Assembly: GCA_965203175.1 (NCBI GenBank)
Contig: OZ241867.1
Coordinates: forward strand, 6,432,001-6,496,000
Length of the DNA: 64,000 nucleotides
Direction of reading: 5' to 3'
From: Candidatus Latescibacterota bacterium
GTDB lineage: Bacteria; Latescibacterota; UBA2968; UBA8231
Shown here: positions 39,314 to 48,200 of the stretch, piece by piece
Numbering within the stretch: the first letter of the stretch is position 1
How the letters are laid out: every line of letters begins with the position of its first letter
Translations under genes and position numbers: made by a program
Notes under the pieces: generated by a model
What the model saw: the letters and a program-made list of their open reading frames with translations, nothing else
What the model was told of the DNA's origin: nothing
The model's database searches: none

Positions 39314-40948
39314 CTACCAATCCACCAAGACGGCGACTTGGTCTTTGTACTTATCCTGCAACTGGCGGATAAACGCGCCAATCCGCTCGTTTTCTCGCTG
39401 GCGGCGCAAGCTCGCAGCCGCCCGGCGGCGCGCCTCGGCAAAGGGCTGGATCTGGCCACCCTCCCGCCGCAGCACCCGGAACACCGCGTACCCGTCCATG
39501 CTCTCTAGCGGGCCGACGAGCGCGCCGATCTCAGCGGCAAAGGCCGCTTTTACCAGCTCGGGATAGCGCGGCTCGTACAGGCGCACTAGGCGCATCTCCC
39601 AGCCGTGCTCGCGCACCCCGTGCCCCTCGACGCCAGCGTGCGAGCGCACGCCGGGCCGGTCGAGCAGGTCGGCAATGGGCGCGCCAGCCTCCCACTCGGC
39701 GCGCAAAGCCGCAGCGTCCTCTTCCTCCGCGGTCCACAGCTCGTGGACGATCACGGCCTCTTGGGTGCGGTAGCGGTCCTTGTGAGCCTCGTAATGCGCT
39801 CTGATCTCGTCCTCGCTGGGCGCGGCCCCGGCCGTGGCCTGTTGGAAGAGCTGATTGAGAATCAGTGCTCGGCGCTGGTGCTCGCGCCACTCCTCAAAGG
39901 CCGCTTCCTTGATCCAGCCGCGCTTGCGCGCCTCGGCCTCGAAGAGCCGCACCGGCAGCAGCAAGCGCCCAATCCGCTCGGCGGCCTGGGCCTTGTCCTG
40001 CAATACGCCCTGTGCTCCAACCGCCTGCAGGCTGCCCAAACCCTCGGCCACGCTGATTGTGCCGCCTTCGTACGCGTAGAAGGGGTGATTCAACTCGTCC
40101 GTCGTCAGGGGCCGGTCCAAACTCTGGAGCAAGATGGCCTCGCCTGCTGGATCTAAGCGCGCGTCGTAGCGAAAGCGGAGGCGTTCGAATTCCTCTTCCT
40201 CCTTCTCCCGCGTCCGTTCCTTGCGCAGCCGCTCGGCCACTTCCTCGCTGTAGTTGGCGAGCGAGGCCGGGCGATCCTCGACAAAGCGGAAGATTTGATA
40301 GCCACCGGCTAACCCGACCGGCTCAGCTATCTCCCCAACGGGTAAACCCACAAAGACGGCGGGCGAGATGGAGAACCGCCGCGCAGCTTGCGTGCGTCCG
40401 ATCCAGCCGACCAGGCCGTCGCCCTGTGCGGCGAAGAGGTCGTTGGCGGCAAAGCGCGCGGCCACTTCCTCAAAGGGCTGGCCTTCGCGCAGGTCGCTCC
40501 CGACTGCCTCTAGCTCCTCCCGGGTGCGCACCAAGATGCGACTGAAGAGCCGCTCGCGGTCAAACCCCATCTCTGCGAAGGCGCGCTCGACATCTGCGGC
40601 TGTGATCTCCACCTGCGGCACAATAACTTGGGCGCGGTAGCGCTCCACGAGGCGCTGCCGCACCATTTCGCGGAGCTGGTGCTCAACCGCCAAGCTGGTG
40701 TCGATCCCAAGCGAGCGCGCCTCGGCGAACATCAGTTCCTCGTCGATCATCGACTGCAAGTGCTCCCGGTCGGCTTCGCGCCCTTCCTTGGGACTGCGCA
40801 ACCCCGGTGGCAGACGCTCGACAAAAGCCGCAAACTCCGCCTGCTCAATCTCCACCTCGCCGACCCGAGCGACGATGGTCTCGTCCTCGCCGCACCCCAT
40901 TAACAACAGGGCCAGCACACCGCAAAACTTACTCGATAAATAGCGCAT
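39314..40948 (-). CDS. Parvulin-type peptidyl-prolyl isomerase (SurA/PrsA-like) lipoprotein, two PPIase-like domains
   Basis: LLMGC lipobox; VARVGEVEI, LQSMIDEELMFAEARSLG, FEEVAARF..GLVGWI, GPLESMDGYAVFRV. Confidence 0.82.
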   Translation of the reverse strand: MRYLSSKFCGVLALLLMGCGEDETIVARVGEVEIEQAEFAAFVERLPPGLRSPKEGREADREHLQSMIDEELMFAEARSLGIDTSLAVEHQLREMVRQRLVERYRAQVIVPQVEITAADVERAFAEMGFDRERLFSRILVRTREELEAVGSDLREGQPFEEVAARFAANDLFAAQGDGLVGWIGRTQAARRFSISPAVFVGLPVGEIAEPVGLAGGYQIFRFVEDRPASLANYSEEVAERLRKERTREKEEEEFERLRFRYDARLDPAGEAILLQSLDRPLTTDELNHPFYAYEGGTISVAEGLGSLQAVGAQGVLQDKAQAAERIGRLLLPVRLFEAEARKRGWIKEAAFEEWREHQRRALILNQLFQQATAGAAPSEDEIRAHYEAHKDRYRTQEAVIVHELWTAEEEDAAALRAEWEAGAPIADLLDRPGVRSHAGVEGHGVREHGWEMRLVRLYEPRYPELVKAAFAAEIGALVGPLESMDGYAVFRVLRREGGQIQPFAEARRRAAASLRRQRENERIGAFIRQLQDKYKDQVAVLVDW

Positions 40949-41279
40949 TGACTGCCATCTCTAGGTCTGCATTCGTGCGTTCAATAGCTCCCCCGTTTTC
41001 GGCCTCGGCCTCCGAGACCGAGGCCCAGCGATCTAAGCAGAGAAAATGCCCCATGGACTGCGGCCCTTCCCCCGCTCTTTCGCGGCCCCATGAAAGCGGG
41101 TTGACACCCTGGTCCCGCAAGTGGAAATCCGCAATTGAGCCACCCAGCAAATCGACGACGACTCGGGCCGCCTCGCCGTCGAGCACTAGGGCTGGCTGGC
41201 CTTTGACCTCGGCCTCTGCTCGGGCTACATTCGCGCTGTACAGTGCTGCCATAAGCAAAAATATCCTCACCATCGCCAT
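40929..41279 (-). pseudogene. Probable 3'-truncated secreted hypothetical protein (aldose-epimerase-like N-terminus)
   Basis: Signal peptide, VDLLGGSI..F..VNPLSW..MGHFLCLDRW, then an apparently unrelated tail running into the PPIase start. Confidence 0.45.
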
Positions 41280-41345
41280 ATAAGTCGTCCCTCTATTATT
41301 CGGATGTTGCGCACCTTTTGCAAGCGCCCACATGATCGAGAAAGT

Positions 41346-43082
41346 ATGAGAAAATTCCTCCAAAAGACAAAACTCGCCGCCTGGGGCTTACTCGGCGGCC
41401 TAGCACTCGCCGCCTGTGGCTCCGACGAGGGAGGCATAAAGCACGTCCCCCGCAACCGCACCCTCATCCTCGGCCTGCCGCAGATGCGGGACTACGACTC
41501 GTTCAATCCCTTTATCGTCGGCACCCAATCCCCGGGCTTCGACTACCTGTTTGAGCCGCTCTACTTCTACAACGCGTACGTAGAAAAAGACCACGTCATA
41601 CCCTGGATCGCCACAAGCCACGAGTACAACGCAGACTACACGGAAGTGACGATCCACATTCGCAAGGGGGTGAAGTGGAGCGACGGACGGCCCTGGACCG
41701 CCCACGATCTCAAGTTCACCGTTGACATGCTCAAGGACCACGCCCCAGAGCTGGCCTTTTCCACCGACATGGACACTTGGGTCGCCGAGGTCGAAGTCCC
41801 GGATTCGCTGACGGCGCGGTTCGTGCTCAAAGCGCCCAACCCCCGCTTTGTATTCTCCTATTTTACCTACAACTTCGGCAACGGCATCCACATCGTGCCC
41901 AAGCACATCTGGGAGGGCGAGGATCCGACCTCGTTCAAAAACCTCGACTTGGCGCGCGGCCTGCCGGTCGTCAGCGGCCCCTATCGCTTGGCGCGCTCCG
42001 GTCCCCAGCAGCGGCTCTGGGATCTGCGCGAGGACTGGTGGGCCGCCCAAATCGGCTTTCAGCGTCTGCCGAGGGTCGAGCGCATCATCTACCTGCCCCA
42101 AGGCGACGAGAACAAGTGGGTCCAACTCATCCTCGCCAACCAGATGGATCAGTGCATCGACTTGCGGCCCTCCAACATCAAGACCCTCCTCGACCAAAAC
42201 CCCAACGTCACCACGTGGTCGGGCCGCCAACTGCCCTACGGCTATCGGGACTGGTGGCCGCCGGCCCTCGGCTTCAACAACCTAGAGCCGCCCTTCGACG
42301 ACCCGGACATTCGCTGGGCCGTAAACCACGCCATCGACCGCGAACAACTCGTGGCTATCGGCTGGCAGGGCGCCGGCGAGTACACCCTTTTGCCGTTCCC
42401 CCACTTCCCGCCGCTTATGCACTACATCAACCAAGTGCAGGATCTACTAGCAAAGTATCCCGTGGGAAAACACGACCTAGCCCAGACCGCAGCCATCATG
42501 GAGCGCAAGGGGTGGAGCAGAGATGCGGAAGGTATGTGGCAGCGGGACGGCGAGCGCCTAAGAATCCCGGTCGTCGTCTTTCCCTCCCTCTTCCAAGACT
42601 TCACGCCCGTGCTGGTCGAGCAACTGCGCCGCGCGGGTTTCGACGCCTCCTTCCGCATGTTCTCCGACGCCTATACCCGCATGACCCAAGGTACGGCCCA
42701 CGCCTTTGTCATGGGCAACGGCGGCTCAGTGCGCGACCCGTACTTCACTCTGCGGCTCTACCACAGCCGCTACGTCCAGCCCACTGGCACAGCCACTCCG
42801 TATTTCTGGCGCTGGCGCAACGCGGATTTCGATCACTTGGTCGATCAGATGGGCCAGACCGCGCCCGACGACCCAGCGCTCGTGCCGCTGTTCCGCCAAG
42901 CCCTCGAGATCTGGCTGACCGAATTACCGGCCATTCCTCTGCTCCAGTGGTTCCACCGCATTCCCCACAACCAAACCTATTGGAAAAACTGGCCCTCGGC
43001 CGAAAACCCCTACATGAACAGCGCCTATTGGGTGCGTTCGTTCTTGATCGTGCTGTTGGGATTGGAGCCGACGCAGCCTTGA
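41346..43082 (+). CDS. ABC transporter substrate-binding lipoprotein, family 5 (peptide/oligosaccharide)
   Basis: LAAC lipobox; IRKGVKWSDGRPWTAHDLKFT, PFDDPDIRWAVNHAIDR. Confidence 0.93.
   Translation: MRKFLQKTKLAAWGLLGGLALAACGSDEGGIKHVPRNRTLILGLPQMRDYDSFNPFIVGTQSPGFDYLFEPLYFYNAYVEKDHVIPWIATSHEYNADYTEVTIHIRKGVKWSDGRPWTAHDLKFTVDMLKDHAPELAFSTDMDTWVAEVEVPDSLTARFVLKAPNPRFVFSYFTYNFGNGIHIVPKHIWEGEDPTSFKNLDLARGLPVVSGPYRLARSGPQQRLWDLREDWWAAQIGFQRLPRVERIIYLPQGDENKWVQLILANQMDQCIDLRPSNIKTLLDQNPNVTTWSGRQLPYGYRDWWPPALGFNNLEPPFDDPDIRWAVNHAIDREQLVAIGWQGAGEYTLLPFPHFPPLMHYINQVQDLLAKYPVGKHDLAQTAAIMERKGWSRDAEGMWQRDGERLRIPVVVFPSLFQDFTPVLVEQLRRAGFDASFRMFSDAYTRMTQGTAHAFVMGNGGSVRDPYFTLRLYHSRYVQPTGTATPYFWRWRNADFDHLVDQMGQTAPDDPALVPLFRQALEIWLTELPAIPLLQWFHRIPHNQTYWKNWPSAENPYMNSAYWVRSFLIVLLGLEPTQP
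43042..43082 (+). repeat. 41-bp direct repeat A1 (3' end of the SBP gene)
   Basis: 39/41 identical to 44443-44483. Confidence 0.9.
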
Positions 43083-43195
43083 GATTGAGTTATGAACTGA
43101 CATTACGCAGTCTTTGTTCCCAACTTCCCATTCCTGTATCCTTTCCGCTACACCCCAGCGCCTCATATCCCCTTCTCTCCGCTGAGCCGCCGCTG

Positions 43196-43210
43196 TGGCA
43201 CGATTCTTGC
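43196..43210 (+). promoter_or_regulatory. Putative sigma-54 promoter (-24/-12)
   Basis: TGGCAC-GATTC-TTGC matches TGGCAC-N5-TTGC, 45 bp upstream of the rpn ATG. Confidence 0.5.
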
Positions 43211-43255
43211 CTTGGGTTGCGGGTACCACTTCACCCGCAACTCAAGGCAGGGCTC

Positions 43256-44167
43256 ATGGCCGAATTCGATACCATCGCCAAACATCTCATCCACACCTAT
43301 CCCCACGACTTCGCCCGCTTCGCCCTCCACCAAGACGACCTTGAAGTGCTCGATGTCATTGACACCGAGCAACCCACCGTCGAAGCCCACCGCACCGATA
43401 GCCTCATCCGCGTACAAGTCGGAGACGAGGAGGCGTTGGTCCATCACGAGTTTCAAACTACGGATAGTAGTCCGCCCATGCCGCAGCGCATGGCCGGTTA
43501 TATCGGGCGTGCCATCGAGCAGCACGGCGTACCCACCTACTCCACCGTCATCTATCTTCGTCCGGACGCCGGCCGGAATGATCCGGGGCACTATCTCCAA
43601 GAGCGGCACGGCTTCCGCGTGTTGGTGCAATACAAGGTGATTCGGCTGAGTGAACTAGACGGCCAACGCATGCTCGACGCGGGGCATTCGGGTTTGATTC
43701 CGTTTGCGCCGTTGATGCAGCAGCCGGCGGGTGTGGATGCCGAGGCATGGTTGCGCCAGTGTGTCCACCGGGCACAGCAGGTGCCGATGGACGAGACTCG
43801 CAAGGTCAATTACTTGGCCGATCTTGCCATTTTGGGTGGATTAGTGTATGAATATGAAACAATAATGACCATCATCTCGGAGGCGACCATGTACGAATCG
43901 TCGGTAGTGCAGTATTTCACGGAAAAGGCCATCAAGCAGGGTCGAGAAGAAGGCATTGAGCAAGGCATTGAGCAAGGAAGCCGAGAACGCGCTATTGAAG
44001 ATTTGCTCGACGTGCTGGAGATTCGCTTTGGGCTGGCCGCGTCGGATCCGTTGGCCGTGCGCCTTGGGGCCATTGACGATGTGCAGCGCCTCAAGCAGTT
44101 GTTTCGCGCGGCCATACAGGTGCCCAGCCTCGAAGCCTTTAGGCACCTGTTAGACAAAGCCGAGTAG
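43256..44167 (+). CDS. Rpn family recombination-promoting nuclease / PD-(D/E)XK putative transposase
   Basis: FDTIAKHL, RTDSLIRV..LVHHEFQT..MPQRMAGY, STVIYL, C-terminal QGREEGIEQGIEQG repeats. Confidence 0.85.
   Translation: MAEFDTIAKHLIHTYPHDFARFALHQDDLEVLDVIDTEQPTVEAHRTDSLIRVQVGDEEALVHHEFQTTDSSPPMPQRMAGYIGRAIEQHGVPTYSTVIYLRPDAGRNDPGHYLQERHGFRVLVQYKVIRLSELDGQRMLDAGHSGLIPFAPLMQQPAGVDAEAWLRQCVHRAQQVPMDETRKVNYLADLAILGGLVYEYETIMTIISEATMYESSVVQYFTEKAIKQGREEGIEQGIEQGSRERAIEDLLDVLEIRFGLAASDPLAVRLGAIDDVQRLKQLFRAAIQVPSLEAFRHLLDKAE
43889..44167 (+). CDS. Putative nested in-frame small protein (RpnS-like intragenic antitoxin), 92 aa
   Basis: GGAGG at 43879-43883, 5 nt before in-frame ATG 43889 (MYESSVVQ...), just ahead of the xEG/xQG repeats. 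Confidence 0.6.
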   Translation: MYESSVVQYFTEKAIKQGREEGIEQGIEQGSRERAIEDLLDVLEIRFGLAASDPLAVRLGAIDDVQRLKQLFRAAIQVPSLEAFRHLLDKAE

Positions 44168-44218
44168 GGCACTGCGTAACGTCAGTTATGAAGTTGCGGA
44201 TGCCGTTGGCGCAGAGGT

Positions 44219-44260
44219 CATCAGGCACCTCGATTAGGTTCGACTTAGCGGCGAATCCGT
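44219..44260. repeat. Direct repeat B1 (copy of the hsdR leader region)
   Basis: CATCAGGCACCTCGATTAGGTTCG---ACTTAGCGGCGAATCCGT matches 48397-48441 apart from a 3-bp indel. Confidence 0.9.
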
Positions 44261-44392
44261 TTGCGTTGTGTCCTCCCAAACGGCCTCATCTTCCGCCACG
44301 GCCTCTTCCTCCGTTTGTGATTCGTAATGCTGGAGGAGACGTTGGACACGTTCCTCGTTCCAACCGTCTGGAAACCTAGTCTCATTTTTCAT
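44234..44392 (-). pseudogene. Small putative antitoxin-like protein (FPxGWxEERV...EAVAEDEA type), C-terminus disrupted
   Basis: MKNETRFPDGWNEERVQRLLQHYESQTEEEAVAEDEA; a plausible continuation (LIEVPDDL..IRNFI) lies in another frame around and past the stop. Confidence 0.5.
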
Positions 44393-44442
44393 CTTCCTCT
44401 CTGATTGCAACACGCGATCCTTCGCGTCCGGGTCTATCTTCA

Positions 44443-44483
44443 TCTTGATCGTGCTGCTGGGATTGGAACCGACGCAGCCTTGA
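44443..44483 (+). repeat. 41-bp direct repeat A2 (copy of SBP 3' end)
   Basis: TCTTGATCGTGCTGCTGGGATTGGAACCGACGCAGCCTTGA. Confidence 0.9.
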
Positions 44484-44489
44484 CCCCGA

Positions 44490-45215
44490 TTATTGCAACA
44501 CCACCGAATCAAGCTGTGATTTTCTGGCCTCCCAATCGGGCATACAGCGGTCGAGCAGGCGGAAGAACGCCGGGCTGTGGTCGTAGATGTGCAGGTGACA
44601 AAGTTCGTGCATGATGACGTATTCGATGCAGTGCAAGGGCGTTTTAATGAGTTCGGTACTGAGGGTGATGGTTCCTCTCCTAGTGCAGCTACCCCAACGT
44701 CTAGTCATTCGTCGGATTCTCAAGGTGGGTGTCACCTTCTGTAAGGACGGTGCCGACTCCAAGCAGTGAGCCATTCGCTCCCGGAAGATGGGCTCAGCGT
44801 GCGCGCGATACCAATCGTCAAGCGCTGTGCGAACACACCGAGGCTCTTCCGGCTCTGGGACAGAAACATTCAAGAAACGACCGGCTAGCTTGACCTCAAC
44901 GTCGCAGGCGCGGCGAACTTTCAGCCGATACTGACGCCCGAGATAGAGGTGGGTCTCCCCAGAGACGAACCGTTTGACTTCTGGCAGTGGATGAAAAGTC
45001 TCGAAATGGCGACGCTGCTTGGCAATCCACGCCCGTCGGCTCTCAAGATATGCTAGCACTTCCTCTAGGGGACAACCCACAGGTGCCGACGCTGTCACCG
45101 AGCAGTCGGGATGAACTGAGATTGACAGGTATCGGCTCTTTTTGAATTTGAGCGCGACCGGAATTTGTTCACTCGAATACTCTACGACGACATGCTGGAT
45201 ATGCTCGTCAGGCAT
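44490..45215 (-). CDS. M48/YgjP (SprT-like, DUF45) metallopeptidase associated with type I R-M
   Basis: GETHLYLGRQYRL, MTRRWGSC, YVIMHELCH..HSPAF. Confidence 0.92.
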   Translation of the reverse strand: MPDEHIQHVVVEYSSEQIPVALKFKKSRYLSISVHPDCSVTASAPVGCPLEEVLAYLESRRAWIAKQRRHFETFHPLPEVKRFVSGETHLYLGRQYRLKVRRACDVEVKLAGRFLNVSVPEPEEPRCVRTALDDWYRAHAEPIFRERMAHCLESAPSLQKVTPTLRIRRMTRRWGSCTRRGTITLSTELIKTPLHCIEYVIMHELCHLHIYDHSPAFFRLLDRCMPDWEARKSQLDSVVLQ

Positions 45216-48200
45216 ATCGCACTCTCGCAATATCCAGCACCGAGTCCAAAATGCGGTCAATCTCCTTGAAGCTTAGTTCGAGATTTTCTCGCTCCATGAG
45301 TTCGAACAAGTAGTCTTCAATCGCCAATTTCATCCGGTTTTGGACATCGGTGTTGCGGGTCCAGTGGACGATGCGATGCTCTTGGACGATGTCGTCGATG
45401 GCCAGACTAATCGTGGCACCAATATCCCGGACATTGGCCGTTTGGTTGGCGTGGTCCGAGAACACTTCTTGAAGCACGCCAAAGAATGCCTTGGCCACGT
45501 CTCGGTGAGCGAGGGCCGCAGGAATGTCGTCCCCCGTGCGGTTGCGCACGCGCTCGGCAATTTGCTTCACTTCTTGCAGGTATTCCGCGTCGGAAAGCCG
45601 CTGTTCCCGAAAGGCCCGGATCGCGTCTTCAAGCAACTCTGAGAATTGGCGATAGAAGGCCGGATCCTTCCGCATGAGATCCTGAATCGTGCGCCTCGTG
45701 CGAAAGGCGATGGTGTCGGCCTTGGACGACGCGCTAGAGAGCCTGTCAACTTCCTTAGCGAAAGCGTCGGCGTTGAAGATGTCCACCAAGTCCGTGATCC
45801 GCTCCACCTCGCCCGTCCCCACGTACTGATTGACCAGCTTTTGAATGCGCGGCTCGTACTCTTTGAAATCGACTACTTCGGCGTAGCGTCGGCTTACCGA
45901 ACTGCGCAGGCGCATGAAGAAGCGAAGATCGGCCTTGTACGCAGCGATTTTCTTTTCCGGTGTCGCATCGAGAAAACCCGCACTGGAGAGCGCGACCCCC
46001 AGCGTTCGTGAGAAGGCGCTCAAGCGTTCGTAGAAGCGGTCACGCAGCCCCTCGTCCGCCAAGAGTTGCTCGTATTCTTCCTCGTCTTGTCTGTTTTGGA
46101 TAGTCTTGAACAGATCCCACAGGTCCGAATAGCGCTGCCGCAGCTTGTGGGATTCAGCACTCACATCCGTTATCGCTCTGGCCAAATCTTCGATCCCCTC
46201 TTCTTCGAATTCGGCGAGTTGGCCGTAGAGGTCGAACGCTTCGTCGAGGTTCTGCAAGACACCCCGGTAGTCGATGATGTAGCCGAAATCTTTGCCGTCA
46301 AAGAGGCGATTGACCCGGGCGATCGCTTGCAGTAGGGAATGGCTCTTTAGCTGCCGCGTGAGGTAGAGCACGGTGTTACGCGGCGCGTCGAAGCCAGTGA
46401 GCAACTTGTCAACGACAATGATGATCTCGGGCTCCTCAGCCTGTTTGAACGCGCTGATGATCTGGCGATTGTATTCTTTCTCACTACCGTATTTCGCCAT
46501 CATCTTCTTCCAGAAAACTTTGACCACGTCCTTGGATTCCTCGTGGACGTCTTCCTCACCCTCGCGGTCGTCGGGTCCCGAGATCAGCACCTCGCTGCTG
46601 ACCATGTCGAATTCGTCGAAGAAGCGCTTGTAGAGCAGGGCCGAGGCTTTGTCTTGGGCCACGAGTTGCGCTTTGTAGGGAGTGTGGTGCCAGTTATCGC
46701 GGAAGTGTTCGCTCACATCCCAAGCGATTCGCATCACTTTTTGCTCGGCTTTGTTCAACTGGTCGCTCGATGAGAATTTCTTCTTCAAGTCGCTTTTCTG
46801 CTCGTCGGACAAGCGGGCCGTAATCCGCTCGAACCAGTCGTCCAGTGCCTCGGAATCAACTTTCTGATCGACATGCCTCCCTTCGTAGAGCAGCGGTACC
46901 ACGGCCTTGTCCTGTACGGCCTGCTCTAGGGTATAGGCGTCGATTAGGCCTCCGAAGCGGTCAATGGTACTCTTGTCCTTCTTCATTACGGGCGTGCCGG
47001 TGAATCCTATGAAGCAGGCGTTGGGGAGCGCCTGTCTCATTTTGGCGTGCAACTCGCCGAACTGGCCTCGGTGGCTCTCGTCAACGAGGACGAAAATATC
47101 TGGATGCTCATTGCGCACGCCGACTCTACTGACCGCGAGTTCAAACTTGTCGATGACCGTAGTGATAATCCGCGCCTTGTCGTCCTTGAGCAGTTGCTCC
47201 AAGTGCCTGCCGGTTTTCGCCTGAATAGGCTGTGTGCCGCAGTGGTGGAAGGTCTTGTAGATCTGATCGTCGAGATCAACGCGATCCGTCACTAGGATGA
47301 TTTTGAAGTCAGTGAGGCTTCGTTCAAGGGCGAGGGCCTCGGCGAGCATCACCATGGTCAGGCTCTTGCCACTGCCTTGGGTATGCCAGACTACGCCGCC
47401 TTGGCGCGTTCCGTCGCTCTGGGTTTCCCGCACTCGGTCGAGGATCTTGTTGACGCAGAAGTACTGCTGATGGCGGGCAATTTTTTTCTCGCCTCCGTCG
47501 AAGAGCATGAAACGGAAGATCAATTCGAGGAGTCGCTCCTTGCGACACAGGGAATAGAGCGCTTCGTCCTGTGGCGTTACCTGCCGTTCTATGCTTCCAT
47601 AGCTCTCCCGCTCTCGGCCCCAAAACTCCTTCGTAGCAAGAATTCTGTCGATTTGGCCCTCGCTCAGCGGAAGGCTCACCCTCTTCTTTAGGTCAGCCTC
47701 ATCGCTCTCGCTGAAATTCTCCTTCCACACCGACCAGAACTTGGCGGGCGTACCCACCGTGGCGTACTTGGCTTCGTTCTTCGAGATGGCGAGGAGGAGT
47801 TGCGCGTAAAAGAAAAGACGGGGGATTTGGTCTTGTTGCTGGTTGCGGATATGCTGGCTAATCGCTTGGCCGATCGGGTCCTTCATGTCGGGCCGCTTGC
47901 ACTCGATGACCACTAGCGGAATCCCGTTGACGAAGAGCACGATGTCGGGTCGGCGGGTCTCCTCGCTACCACTGCGCTCGACTACGAACTCCTCGGTCAC
48001 GTGGTAGGCGTTGTTTTCAGGATGCTCCCAGTCGATGTAATTGAGCTGAAAGCTCTTGGTGTCTCCCTCGACCGATTGTTGCAGGCTCTTCCCCATGCAC
48101 AGCAAGTCATACGCTTTCTCATTGGTTGGCAGCAGGCCGTCATCTACTATGTCCTTCAGTGCCTGAACTGCCGCGAGGATATTGCCCTCGCTGAAGGGAT

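Larger units (their letters stand above)
43097..44185. mobile_element. 1089-bp TIR-bounded, transposase-less cassette carrying an Rpn nuclease gene
   Basis: TIRs CTGACATTACGCAGT (43097-43111) / ACTGCGTAACGTCAG (44171-44185), 14/15 match; TTATGAA duplicated at 43090-43096 and 44186-44192. Confidence 0.88.

Noticed and set aside
41777-44167. 796-aa ORF
   Set aside because: The N-terminal part is a shadow frame of the SBP gene reading through the TIR; the real protein starts at 43256.
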